Assembly: GCF_036588685.1 (NCBI RefSeq)
Contig: NC_086385.1
Span: forward strand, 62,643,216-62,707,215
Direction: 5' to 3'
DNA length: 64,000 nucleotides
DNA from: Mytilus trossulus
Taxonomy: Eukaryota
The notes under the pieces were generated by a model. That model was given only the letters and a program-made list of their open reading frames with translations. It was not told where the DNA came from and made no database searches. Every line of letters begins with the position of its first letter. Positions within the stretch are counted from its first letter, which is position 1. Positions 49,186-61,187 of the stretch are shown here, one piece after another. The position numbers and the translations under genes are program-made.

Positions 49186-49789
49186 TCATGGTTAATTGGT
49201 CAACAATAAGTTTTCATAATTTTGTTAATATTTAAGTTACTTTTAAGCAACAGGTCAAATATATTTGGTGTATTGAATGTTGTAAGATGAACATGTCTGT
49301 CTAGCAGAGTTCTTTGACCTAACCTCCGTTTGGTGTGTTTTGTCCTTTGATATTGCCATGTGATTAGGGGCTTTCCGATTGAATTTTCCTCGGAGTTCAG
49401 TATTTTTGTGGCTTTACTTTTTTTCAGGTTTCATTGGTAAATGATAAGTTTTCACAATTTTGTTAGTATGACGGATACGTTATCGGTGTATGGCATGATA
49501 AGGTTGTAAGTTGCACATTTCTAGATTTATCTGACAGGGATCTTTGACCCTGATCTTATTTCTATAGTTCACTGGTCAATATTTATATTTGAAGTTTATT
49601 CTGTTTCGCAAACAATATTAATGATAGGATCACTATATTTTATGTATGGAATGATTGTAAGTTGTGTATGTCTGTCTTCATGGTCCATCTAAGTACTGTA
49701 GTGTAACCTCATTTACATAGAACATTGATAATGTAAGGTTTCTTTGATACTTGTCTCCTTCATAAAGCAGACTTTCAACATGATCTCAA

Positions 49790-52700
49790 TGACAATTGTG
49801 TTAGTTGAGTGCTGACTACAAGGGTGTAAGTAATGTGCTGATTATAATTGTGTTAGTTAAGTGCTGATTACAAGTGTGATAGTTGAGTGCCGATTACAAT
49901 TGTGTTAGTCAAGTGCTGATAACAAGTGTGACAGTTGAGTGCCGACTACAATTGTGTTAGTTAAGTGCTGATTACAAGTGTGACATTTGAGTGCCGATAA
50001 CAAGTATGTTAGTTAAGTGCTGATTACAAGTGTGTTAGTTAAGAGCTAATTACAAGTGTGTTAGTTAAGTGCTGATTACAAGTGTGTTAGTTCAGTGCTG
50101 ATAACCAGTGTGATAGTTGAGTGCCGATTACAAGTAGAAATGTTAAGTGTTGATAACAAGTGTGTTTGTTAAGAGCTGAAAAAAGTGTGTTATTTAAGTG
50201 CTGAATATAAGTGTGCAAGTTAAGTGCTGATTACAAGTGTGTTAGTTAAGACCAGATAACAAGAGTGGTAGTTAAGTGCTGATAACAAGTGTGTTCGTTA
50301 TGCACTGATTACAAGTGTGTAACTGAAGTGCCGATTACAATTGTGTTATTTGAGTACCGATTACAAGTGTGTTAGTTAAGTGCTGATCAAAATGTGTTAG
50401 TTGAGTTGTGATTACAAGTGTGTTAGTTGAAATGTGATTACAAGTGTGTTAGTTGAGTACTTATAACAAGTGCACAGGCTAAGTTTAGTTTAAACATATT
50501 TATTTTTAGTGGATTGGGAAGCAAGTTTTGCAACTTATATAAATCCCTTTCCACTTTGCGGGTGCGAGTGCTGCCTTGTAGCGGCATTAGCATTATGTGC
50601 CGATTACAAGTGTGTTAGTGTGTTAGTTAAATGCTGATGACAAGTGTGTAAGTAAAGTGCTGATTACAAGTGTGTTAGTGTGTAAGTTAAGTGCTGATGA
50701 CAAGTGTGTAAATAAAGGACTGATGACAAGTTTTGTTAGCCAAGTGCTGATTACAAGTGTGTTGGTTTAGTGCTGATGACAAATTTGTTAGTGAAGTGCT
50801 GATGACAAGTTTGATAGTTAATTGCTGATGACAAGTTTGCTTGTTAAGTACATGTTTGTTGTGTGTCGATTACAAATGTGTAAGTGTGTAAGTTAATTGC
50901 TGATGACAAGTTTGTTAGTTAGGTGCATGTTTGTTATGTGCCGATTACAAGTGTGTTAGTGTGTTAGTTAAGTGCTGATGACAAGTGTGTAAGTAAAGTG
51001 CTGATTACAAGTGTGTTAGTTAAGTGCTGATGACAAGTCTGTTAGTTAAGTGCTGATGACAAGTGTGTAAATAAAGGACTGATGACACGTTTGTTAGCCA
51101 AGTGCTGATTACAAGTGTGTTGGTTTAGTGCTGATGACAAGTTTGTTAGTTAAGTGCTGATGACAATAAAAAAAGAAGATGTGGTATGATTGCCAATGAG
51201 ACAACTATCCACAAAAGACCAAAATGACACAAACATTAACAATTATAGGTCACCGTACGGCCTTCGACAATGAGCAAAGCTCCTGACTTGGGACAGGCAC
51301 ATATATAAATAATGTGGCGGGGTTAAACATGTTAGCGGGATCCTAACCCGCCCCTAACCTGGCGAAGTGGTATAACAGTACAATATAAGAGCGAACTATA
51401 AGAATCAGTTGAAAAATGCTTAACTCATCAGATAGACAAAATACAAGTGACGTGGCCGGGTACTTATACATCCCGACACAAAAAATCACAATGAACAGAT
51501 CTGAGAGCACTCGCAGTTATCTGACAGCTAGTTCAAAGCCATTAACAACTAATAAAAAAATCATGCCTCTAAGACTAAGCAATCAATCCGTACACATCCA
51601 ACATACAACGGATTTAGTGTAAAGACGTCATAAACAGCCAGAGAAAAACATGACCTTTTGCAATGCCAAGTTACAGGTATCGACAGTTTGTAGATCCATG
51701 AAAATGTATATGTTGTTAGTGATGAGCATGTTTGTTGTGTGCCGATTACAAGTGTGTTAGTGTGTTAGTTAAGTGATGATTGCAAGTCTGTTAGTTAAGT
51801 GCTGATGACAAGTTTGTTAGTTAAGAGCATGTTTGTTATGTGCCGATTACAAGTGTGTTAGTGTGTTAGTTAAGTACTGATGACAAGTGTGTAAATAAAG
51901 GGCTGATGACAAGTTTGTTAGCCAAGTGCTGATTACAAGTGTGTGTTGGTTTAGTGCTGATGACAAGTTTGTTAGTGAAGTGCTGATGACAAGTTTGTTA
52001 GTTAAGAGCATGTTTGTTATGTGCAGATTACAAGTGTATTAGTGTGTAAGTTAAGTGCTGATGACATGTGTGTTAGTTTACTGCTGATTACAAGTGTGTT
52101 AGTTAAGTGATGATTAAAAGTGTGTAAGTTAAGTGCTGATGACAAGTTTGTTAGTTAAGTGCGATGACAAGTTTGATAGTTAACTGCTGATGACAAGTTT
52201 GTTAGTTAAGTACATGTTTGTTGTTTGCCGATTACAAATGTGTAAGTGTGTTAGTTAAGTGCTGATGACAAGTGTGGAAGTAAAGTGCTTATGACAAGTG
52301 TGTTAGTTAAGTGCTGATTACAAGTGTGTTAGTTAAGAGCTAATTACAAGTGTGTTAGTTAAGTGCTGATTGCAAGTGTGTTAGTTCAGTGCTGATAACC
52401 AGTGTGATAGTTGAGTGCCGATTACAAGTAGAAATGTTAAGTGTTGAAAAAGTGTGTTTGTTAAGAGCTGAAAAAAGTGTGTTATTTAAGTGCTGATTGC
52501 AAGTGTGTTAGTTCAGTGCTGATAACCAGTGTGATAGTTGAGTGCCGATTACAAGTAGAAATGTTAAGTGTTGATAACAAGTGTGTTTGTTAAGAGCTGA
52601 AAAAAGTGTGTTATTTAAGTGCTGAATATAAGTGTGCAAGTTAAGTGCTGATTACAAGTGTGTTAGTTAAGACCAGATAACAAGAGTGGTAGTTAAGTGC

Positions 52701-54810
52701 TGATAACAAGTGTGTTCGTTATGCACTGATTACAAGTGTGTAACTGAAGTGCCGATTACAATTGTGTTATTTGAGTACCGATTACAAGTGTGTTAGTTAA
52801 GTGCTGATCAAAATGTGTTAGTTGAGTTGTGATTACAAGTGTGTTAGTTGAAATGTGATTACAAGTGTGTTAGTTGAGTACTTATAACAAGTGCACAGGC
52901 TAAGTTTAGTTTAAACATATTTATTTTTAGTGGATTGGGAAGCAAGTTTTGCAACTTATATAAATCCCTTTCCACTTTGCGGGTGCGAGTGCTGCCTTGT
53001 AGCGGCATTAGCATTATGTGCCGATTACAAGTGTGTTAGTGTGTTAGTTAAATGCTGATGACAAGTGTGTAAGTAAAGTGCTGATTACAAGTGTGTTAGT
53101 GTGTAAGTTAAGTGCTGATGACAAGTGTGTAAATAAAGGACTGATGACAAGTTTTGTTAGCCAAGTGCTGATTACAAGTGTGTTGGTTTAGTGCTGATGA
53201 CAAATTTGTTAGTGAAGTGCTGATGACAAGTTTGATAGTTAATTGCTGATGACAAGTTTGCTTGTTAAGTACATGTTTGTTGTGTGTCGATTACAAATGT
53301 GTAAGTGTGTAAGTTAATTGCTGATGACAAGTTTGTTAGTTAGGTGCATGTTTGTTATGTGCCGATTACAAGTGTGTTAGTGTGTTAGTTAAGTGCTGAT
53401 GACAAGTGTGTAAGTAAAGTGCTGATTACAAGTGTGTTAGTTAAGTGCTGATGACAAGTCTGTTAGTTAAGTGCTGATGACAAGTGTGTAAATAAAGGAC
53501 TGATGACACGTTTGTTAGCCAAGTGCTGATTACAAGTGTGTTGGTTTAGTGCTGATGACAAGTTTGTTAGTTAAGTGCTGATGACAATAAAAAAAGAAGA
53601 TGTGGTATGATTGCCAATGAGACAACTATCCACAAAAGACCAAAATGACACAAACATTAACAATTATAGGTCACCGTACGGCCTTCGACAATGAGCAAAG
53701 CTCCTGACTTGGGACAGGCACATACATAAATAATGTGGCGGGGTTAAACATGTTAGCGGGATCCTAACCCGCCCCTTACCTGGCGAAGTGGTATAACAGT
53801 ACAATATAAGAGCGAACTATAAGAATCAGTTGAAAAATGCTTAACTCATCAGATAGACAAAATACAAGTGACGTGGCCGGGTACTTATACATCCCGACAC
53901 AAAAAATCACAATGAACAGATCTGAGAGCACTCGCAGTTATCTGACAGCTAGTTCAAAGCCATTAACAACTAATAAAAAAATCATGCCTCTAAGACTAAG
54001 CAATCAATCCGTACACATCCAACATAAAACGGATTTAGTGTAAAGACGTCATAAACAGCCAGAGAAAAACATGACCTTTTGCAATGCCAAGTTACAGGTA
54101 TCGACAGTTTGTAGATCCATGAAAATGTATATGTTGTTAGTGATGAGCATGTTTGTTGTGTGCCGATTACAAGTGTGTTAGTGTGTTAGTTAAGTGATGA
54201 TTGCAAGTCTGTTAGTTAAGTGCTGATGACAAGTTTGTTAGTTAAGAGCATGTTTGTTATGTGCCGATTACAAGTGTGTTAGTGTGTTAGTTAAGTACTG
54301 ATGACAAGTGTGTAAATAAAGGGCTGATGACAAGTTTGTTAGCCAAGTGCTGATTACAAGTGTGTGTTGGTTTAGTGCTGATGACAAGTTTGTTAGTGAA
54401 GTGCTGATGACAAGTTTGTTAGTTAAGAGCATGTTTGTTATGTGCAGATTACAAGTGTATTAGTGTGTAAGTTAAGTGCTGATGACATGTGTGTTAGTTT
54501 ACTGCTGATTACAAGTGTGTTAGTTAAGTGATGATTAAAAGTGTGTAAGTTAAGTGCTGATGACAAGTTTGTTAGTTAAGTGCGATGACAAGTTTGCTAG
54601 TTAACTGCTGATAACAAGTTTGTTAGTTAAGTACATGTTTGTTGTTTGCCGATTACAAATGTGTAAGTGTGTTAGTTAAGTGCTGATGACAAGTGTGGAA
54701 GTAAAGTGCTTATGACAAGTGTGTTAGTTAAGTGCTGATTACAAGTGTGTTAGTTAAGTGCTGATTAAAAGTGTGTTTGTTAAGTGCTGATGACTAGTTT
54801 GTAAGTTAAG
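49790..54810. repeat. ~26-bp satellite (gttagttaagtgctgat[t/g]acaagtgt) with interspersed-repeat insertions and an internal ~2.4-kb duplication
   Basis: Degenerate tandem units. Block ~50020-52315 is repeated at 52316-54740 (offset 2421 for most of its length). Confidence 0.9.
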
Positions 54811-57800
54811 TAGATATAGGAAGATGTGGTATGAGTGCCAATGAGACAACTCTCCATCCAAATAACAATTTAAAAATTAAACCATTATAGGTTAAAGTAC
54901 GGCCTTCAACACGGAGCCTTGGCTCACACCGAACAACAAGCTATAAAGGGACCCAAACTTACTAGTGTAAAACCATTCAAATGGGAAAACCAACGGTCTA
55001 ATCTATATAAACAAAACGAGAAACGAGAAACACGTATATATTACATAAACAAACGACAACTATAATCTATAATGTATGATAGACATTTATTTACTCGGCA
55101 TCAATTGTGAATTGATGCCATGAGAATTAGTGACGTTGTCCAATTAAAATGAACGTTATAAACAACGTTGCACTATAATGTATACTAAGTAGACATTTTA
55201 CTTATTGTCTCTATGGTGCTTTTAAAAGACACAGTTGCTTGCCAGTATATATTGTTAGAAGTTTTTTTTATTGGTTGACACACACTTATATAGGTCAAGA
55301 GGCAGATTTAGGGGGTGACAGGGGACTCACTCGGGCTACTCTTTTGAGGGAAAAATAGGGAATCACTGAATCATGACTGGAGCGGCCCCCCTCTTTTAAC
55401 ATTTTTTGGATCCGCCACTGAGGTCGGGAAATATCCATATAGATTTTGGTTGCAATACAGACATTTTGGAAATTATAAGGCTAAAACTTTCATTGGCATT
55501 TTATATTTGATCTGGTCTAATTATATTTTTTTACACCGTCCAAATCATCCCGTGCAGATAATTGCTTTACCGAAAGGTCTAAATGAACATTTTTTACTGT
55601 TTGTATGTACATGTATTGTTATACATCAAAATATATCTTATAATTAGTTAGTTAGCAAATTGTTTTATATAGATTGGCCTTGATGACATATTTTCTTTAA
55701 AAAAATTAAAAGGTGCTAATAATATTTTGCTTTGTTTTTTAAGACCAGCCTCATTTTGTTTTTACTTTTTTGAAAGAGAAAGTCATGTTATGCATTGTCA
55801 TTGGAATAACAATTGAAATCCTTTATTTCGTGTGATCATATTTTCGACAAAGGGGGGTCCTTTTTCATATCTGTCATTTTTCCTTTTAAAAAGTTCTCTA
55901 TCTTTTATAGTTTTTTGTCAGCACCCTGTTATTTTCTATTCTTTACATTTTAGCACCCCATTGTTCTATTTCATTTTTTAGCACCACATTTTTCTTTATT
56001 CTTTTTTTTGGTCTGTTTTTCTTTATAGTTTAATTTTTAAAATATTTGTCTCCATTATTTATCTGTTTAGTCTATTTTTTTGTAATACTTAGTCCATTAT
56101 TGTCTACCCAGATCATTATTATAACATAAAATGTTATCTTTCATCAGTAGGATTTGTGAGACGCTAATGTAACTAAAGTATTCAATCTACATATAAAAAA
56201 AAAGAAGATGTGGTACGATTGCCCATGAGATAACTGTCCACAAGAGACCAACATGACACAGACATTAACAACTATAGGTTACCGTACGGCTTTAACAATG
56301 AGCAAACTCTATACCGTATATTTATATATAGTACCGCATAGTCAGCTATATAAAGGCCGCGATATGACAATGTTAAACAATTCAAACAAGAAAACTAACA
56401 GCCTTATTTATATAAAAAAAAATGAACGAAAACCAAATATTTACATGTCTATTTGTTAGTCCTTCTCTATACATTTTTGTGGTCAGTATATATACAGCCA
56501 ATCACTTAGGAAATAACAACATACAATTTGGTTAATTTCACCAACCATTATTTAAGGTAATCCTAAAGCAAAAACAAAAACCTATTCCGGATATTTCACT
56601 AGTGCAGTTCTCAATGTAAGCGCTCACGCTGTTCAGTTTTACAATAAAAGGAGATTTTGTATGATTGCATAAATATTGTTTAAGACAATAATATAAGAGT
56701 CCAAATGACCAAAATGACATGGCTTTGAGTTACTATAATAGATCACAGTACTACCTTCATTAATGAGCAAAATCCCGATGATTCTGCATTTTACAGTCAT
56801 AAAAGGACCCAAAAGCTACATTTTTTGGTATTTTGGTTATAACATGACATGCTGAATTTTTCTGTTTTTTTCTGAGAAGACTGTAGTGTTTTTAAACTAT
56901 ATGCAACAGACCTGTTTCGTCTGTTCATTTTTTGTAGTGCAAAGCGCTTCAAACATGTTATCATTTTTTTAGTGCGAGAATTCCGTAACTTATTTAATCC
57001 TAGTGTTTAGTGCAGGGCATTCATTACGTATATATATATTTATATTATACTTATTATTGAATATAATTTTAATGCAGGGCATTCATATATTTAAATTTCT
57101 ACCAGAAACTGATGAAGAGAATGATACATAGTGAAGCTAAAAACCTTTGGAGAAATAAATATTTTTACTGTTTCAGAATTCTTGTTTTATTTATTCATTT
57201 ATAATGAGACCCGAGAGATACGAAGGTGTTCATGTATATTTAAGCGTAGTAAGGTTCCTAATGTTTTCAAGTTTGATTTATTAACAGTATAAGGATTTGT
57301 TTCATTTCTTTTTGAAATTATCTGTTTAGATGAAACCAAAGTGACACGAAGATCTGGTTACAGTTTTACATTTCACGTTTGGGGTCCCCATTGTTTCTGA
57401 GAACGACTATAGAAGGAATGAATATTTTAGATGTTTCTGACTTACTTATTTTCTTATTTCAAATAGACATTTATGAGACCTTATGAAGCGAATATCTGGT
57501 TGCAGTGTTGTTAGTTTCGCGAAGGGACTTCCAGGGGCGGATCCAGCAACAAAAAAAGGAGGAGGGGATTTTAACCATATGTTCCCATTTAAATGCATTG
57601 TCTGTTAACAAAAAGGGAGTGTTAAAGCCCCGAAACAGCTCTATCGCAGATACTGACAACTATATAAGTTAAATGGAATCCTTGAATATGGCGTACATGT
57701 CCGTATGTCCGTTTTCTTCTGACCTTGACCTCATTGTCGTGGTTCTTTGGACACATTTAAGATTATGTGAATTGGTCTATTTCTCCGATATTATAAGCAA

Positions 57801-58364
57801 TAGGTCAGCTATATTTGGTGTATGCAATGAATATAAGGTGTACATATAAACTAGAGGATGCAGTATGTTTACCAATGAGGAAACTCTCCATCCAAGTTAT
57901 AGTGAATATAAAGTTAACAATTATTAGTCCAAGTGTGGCCTTCAACACGGAGCGTTGGTTATCACCGAACAACAAGCTTTAAAGCGACCCAAAATGACAA
58001 GTATAAACCAAAAAAAAAAAAACACGGTCCAATCCATATATAAGAACGAGAAACATTTAATATTGTTGAACTACACTAACAAACGAAATTGACTGTACAG
58101 CATACTCCTGACTTATGACAGGTAACGTTTTAACAAGCGTCAGCCTTCACCCTAACTTAAGACAGAAGTGAACATTATAACACAAGGAAAACCTCTAAAA
58201 TATAATTTGGAATGGCTGACTCGATCAAAAAGACATTTAAACAAAAATAAGTGAACATAAACTGAACCCATAAGATTGGTCTATGATAAAAAAAAAATGT
58301 TGGAACAAATGTATTGACAACTCTAACCTGAGACATAGGGCGTTAAAACCCCAACGTGCATACA

Positions 58365-60596
58365 TATATTGACCTTTCACTCATTCTAATGGTTAATTGG
58401 TATATTGACCTTTCAGTCATTCTCATGTTTAATTGGTATATTGACCTTTCACTCATTCTAATGGTTAATTGGTGTATTGACCTTTCACTCATTCTAATGG
58501 TTAATTGGTATATTGACCTTTCACTCATTCTAATGGTTAATTTGTATATTGACCTTTCACTCATTCTAATGGTTAATTGGTATATTGACCTTTCACTCAT
58601 TCTCATGGTTAATTGGTATATTGACCTTTCACTCATTCTCATGGTTAATTGGTATATTGACCTTTCACTCATTCTATTGGTTAATTGGTATATTGACCTT
58701 TCACTCATTCTCATGGTTAATTGGTATATTGACCTTTCACTCATTCTCATGGTTAATTGGTATATTGACCTTTCACTCATTCTCATGGTTAATTGGTATA
58801 TTGACCTTTCACTCATTCTCATGGTTAATTGGTATATTGACCTTTCACTCATTCTCATGGTTAATTGGTATATTGACCTTTCACTCATTCTAATGGTTAA
58901 TTGGTATATTGACCTTTCACTCATTCTAATGGTTAATTGGTATATTGACCTTTCAGTCATTCTAATGGTTAATTGGTATATTGACCTTTCACTCATTCTC
59001 ATGGTTAATTGGTATATTGACCTTTCACTCAGTCTCATGGTTAATTGGTATATTGACCTTTCACTCAGTCTCATGGTTAATTGGTATATTGACCTTTCAC
59101 TCAGTCTCATGGTTAATTGGTATATTGACCTTTCACTCAGTCTCATGGTTAATTGGTATATTGACCTTTCACTCAGTCTCATGGTTAATTGGTATATTGA
59201 CCTTTCACTCAGTCTCATGGTTAATTGGTATATTGACCTTTCACTCAGTCTCATGGTTAATTGGTATATTGACCTTTCACTCAGTCTCATGGTTAATTGG
59301 TATATTGACCTTTCACTCATTCTCATGGTTAATTGGTATATTGACCTTTCACTCAGTCTCATGGTTAATTGGTATATTGACCTTTCACTCATTCTCATGG
59401 TTAATTGGTATATTGACCTTTCACTCATTCTCATGGTTAATTGGTATATTGACCTTTCACTCATTCTCATGGTTAATTGGTATATTGACCTTTCACTCAT
59501 TCTCATGGTTAATTGGTATATTGACCTTTCACTCATTCTCAAGGTTAATTGGTATATTGACCTTTCACTCAGTCTCATGGTTAATTGGTATATTGACCTT
59601 TCACTCATTCTCATGGTTAATTGGTATATTGACCTTTCACTCATTCTCATGGTTAATTGGTATATTGACCTTTCACTCATTCTCATGGTTAATTGGTATA
59701 TTGACCTTTCACTCATTCTCATGGTTAATTGGTATATTGACCTTTCACTCATTCTCATGGTTAATTGGTATATTGACCTTTCACTCATTCTCAAGGTTAA
59801 TTGGTATATTGACCTTTCACTCATTCTCATGGTTAATTGGTATATTGACCTTTCACTCATTCTCATGGTTAATTGGTATATTGACCTTTCACTCATTCTC
59901 ATGGTTAATTGGTATATTGACCTTTCACTCATTCTCATGGTTAATTGGTATATTGACCTTTCACTCATTCTCATGGTTAATTGGTATATTGACCTTTCAC
60001 TCAGTCTCAAGGTTAATTGGTATATTGACCTTTCACTCAGTCTCATGGTTAATTGGTATATTGACCTTTCACTCATTCTCATGGTTAATTGGTATATTGA
60101 CCTTTCACTCATTCTCAAGGTTAATTGGTATATTGACCTTTCACTCAGTCTCATGGTTAATTGGTATATTGACCTTTCACTCAGTCTCATGGTTAATTGG
60201 TATATTGACCTTTCACTCATTCTCATGGTTAATTGGTATATTGACCTTTCACTCATTCTCATGGTTAATTGGTATATTGACCTTTCACTCATTCTCATGG
60301 TTAATTGGTATATTGACCTTTCACTCATTCTCATGGTTAATTGGTATATTGACCTTTCACTCAGTCTCAAGGTTAATTGGTATATTGACCTTTCACTCAG
60401 TCTCATGGTTAATTGGTATATTGACCTTTCACTCATTCTCATGGTTAATTGGTATATTGACCTTTCACTCATTCTCAAGGTTAATTGGTATATTGACCTT
60501 TCACTCAGTCTCATGGTTAATTGGTATATTGACCTTTCACTCATTCTCATGGTTAATTGGTATATTGACCTTTCACTCAGTCTCATGGTTAATTGG
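58365..60596. repeat. 36-bp minisatellite, 62 units
   Basis: Unit tatattgacctttcactcattctcatggttaattgg. 2232 bp = 62 x 36, with only substitution variants. Confidence 0.97.
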
Positions 60597-61187
60597 TCAA
60601 CAATAAGTTGTCATAATTTTGTTAATATTTTAGTTACTTTAAAGCAACAGGTCAAATATATTTGGTGTATTGAATGTTGTAAGATGAACATGTCTGTCTA
60701 GCAGGATTCTTTGATCTAACCTCCGTTTGATGTGTTTTGTCCTTTGATATTGCCATGTTATTAGGGACTTTCCGATTGAATTTTCCTCGGAGTTCAGTAT
60801 TTTTGTGGCTTTACATTTTTTCAGGTTTCATTGGTAAATGATAAGTTTTCACAATTTTGTTAGTATGACGTACACATAATCGGTGTATGGCATGATATGG
60901 TACAAAGTTGCACATTTCTAGATTTATCTGACAGGGATCTTTGACCCTGATCTTATTTCTATAGTTCACTGGTCAATATTTATATTTGAAGTTTATTCTG
61001 TTTCGCAAGTAATATTAATGATAGGATCACTATATTTTGTGTATGGAATGATTGTTAGTTGTGTATGTCTGTCTTCATGGTTCATCTTAGTACTGTAACC
61101 TCATTTACATAGAACATTGATAATGATAGGTTCTTTGATACTTGTAGCTTAACCTTCATATCACAGACGTTCAACATGAACTCAATG

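Larger units (their letters stand above)
45563..55060 (+). repeat. Tandem segmental duplication, copy A (copy B from ~55065 to window end)
   Basis: Colinear high identity at an offset of about 9.5 kb (for example ORFs 47038/56538 and 47964/57471). Confidence 0.92.

Noticed and set aside
49032-49235. Hydrophobic ILIL/FLFL ORF
   Set aside because: Translation of the (ATTCTT)n tail.
58365-60596. CRISPR-like 36-bp repeats
   Set aside because: No spacers, no cas genes, and a eukaryotic context.
58343-60701. 747-, 781- and 541-aa ORFs
   Set aside because: Translations of a stop-free 36-bp tandem repeat in several frames and on both strands. The paralogous site has a single unit.
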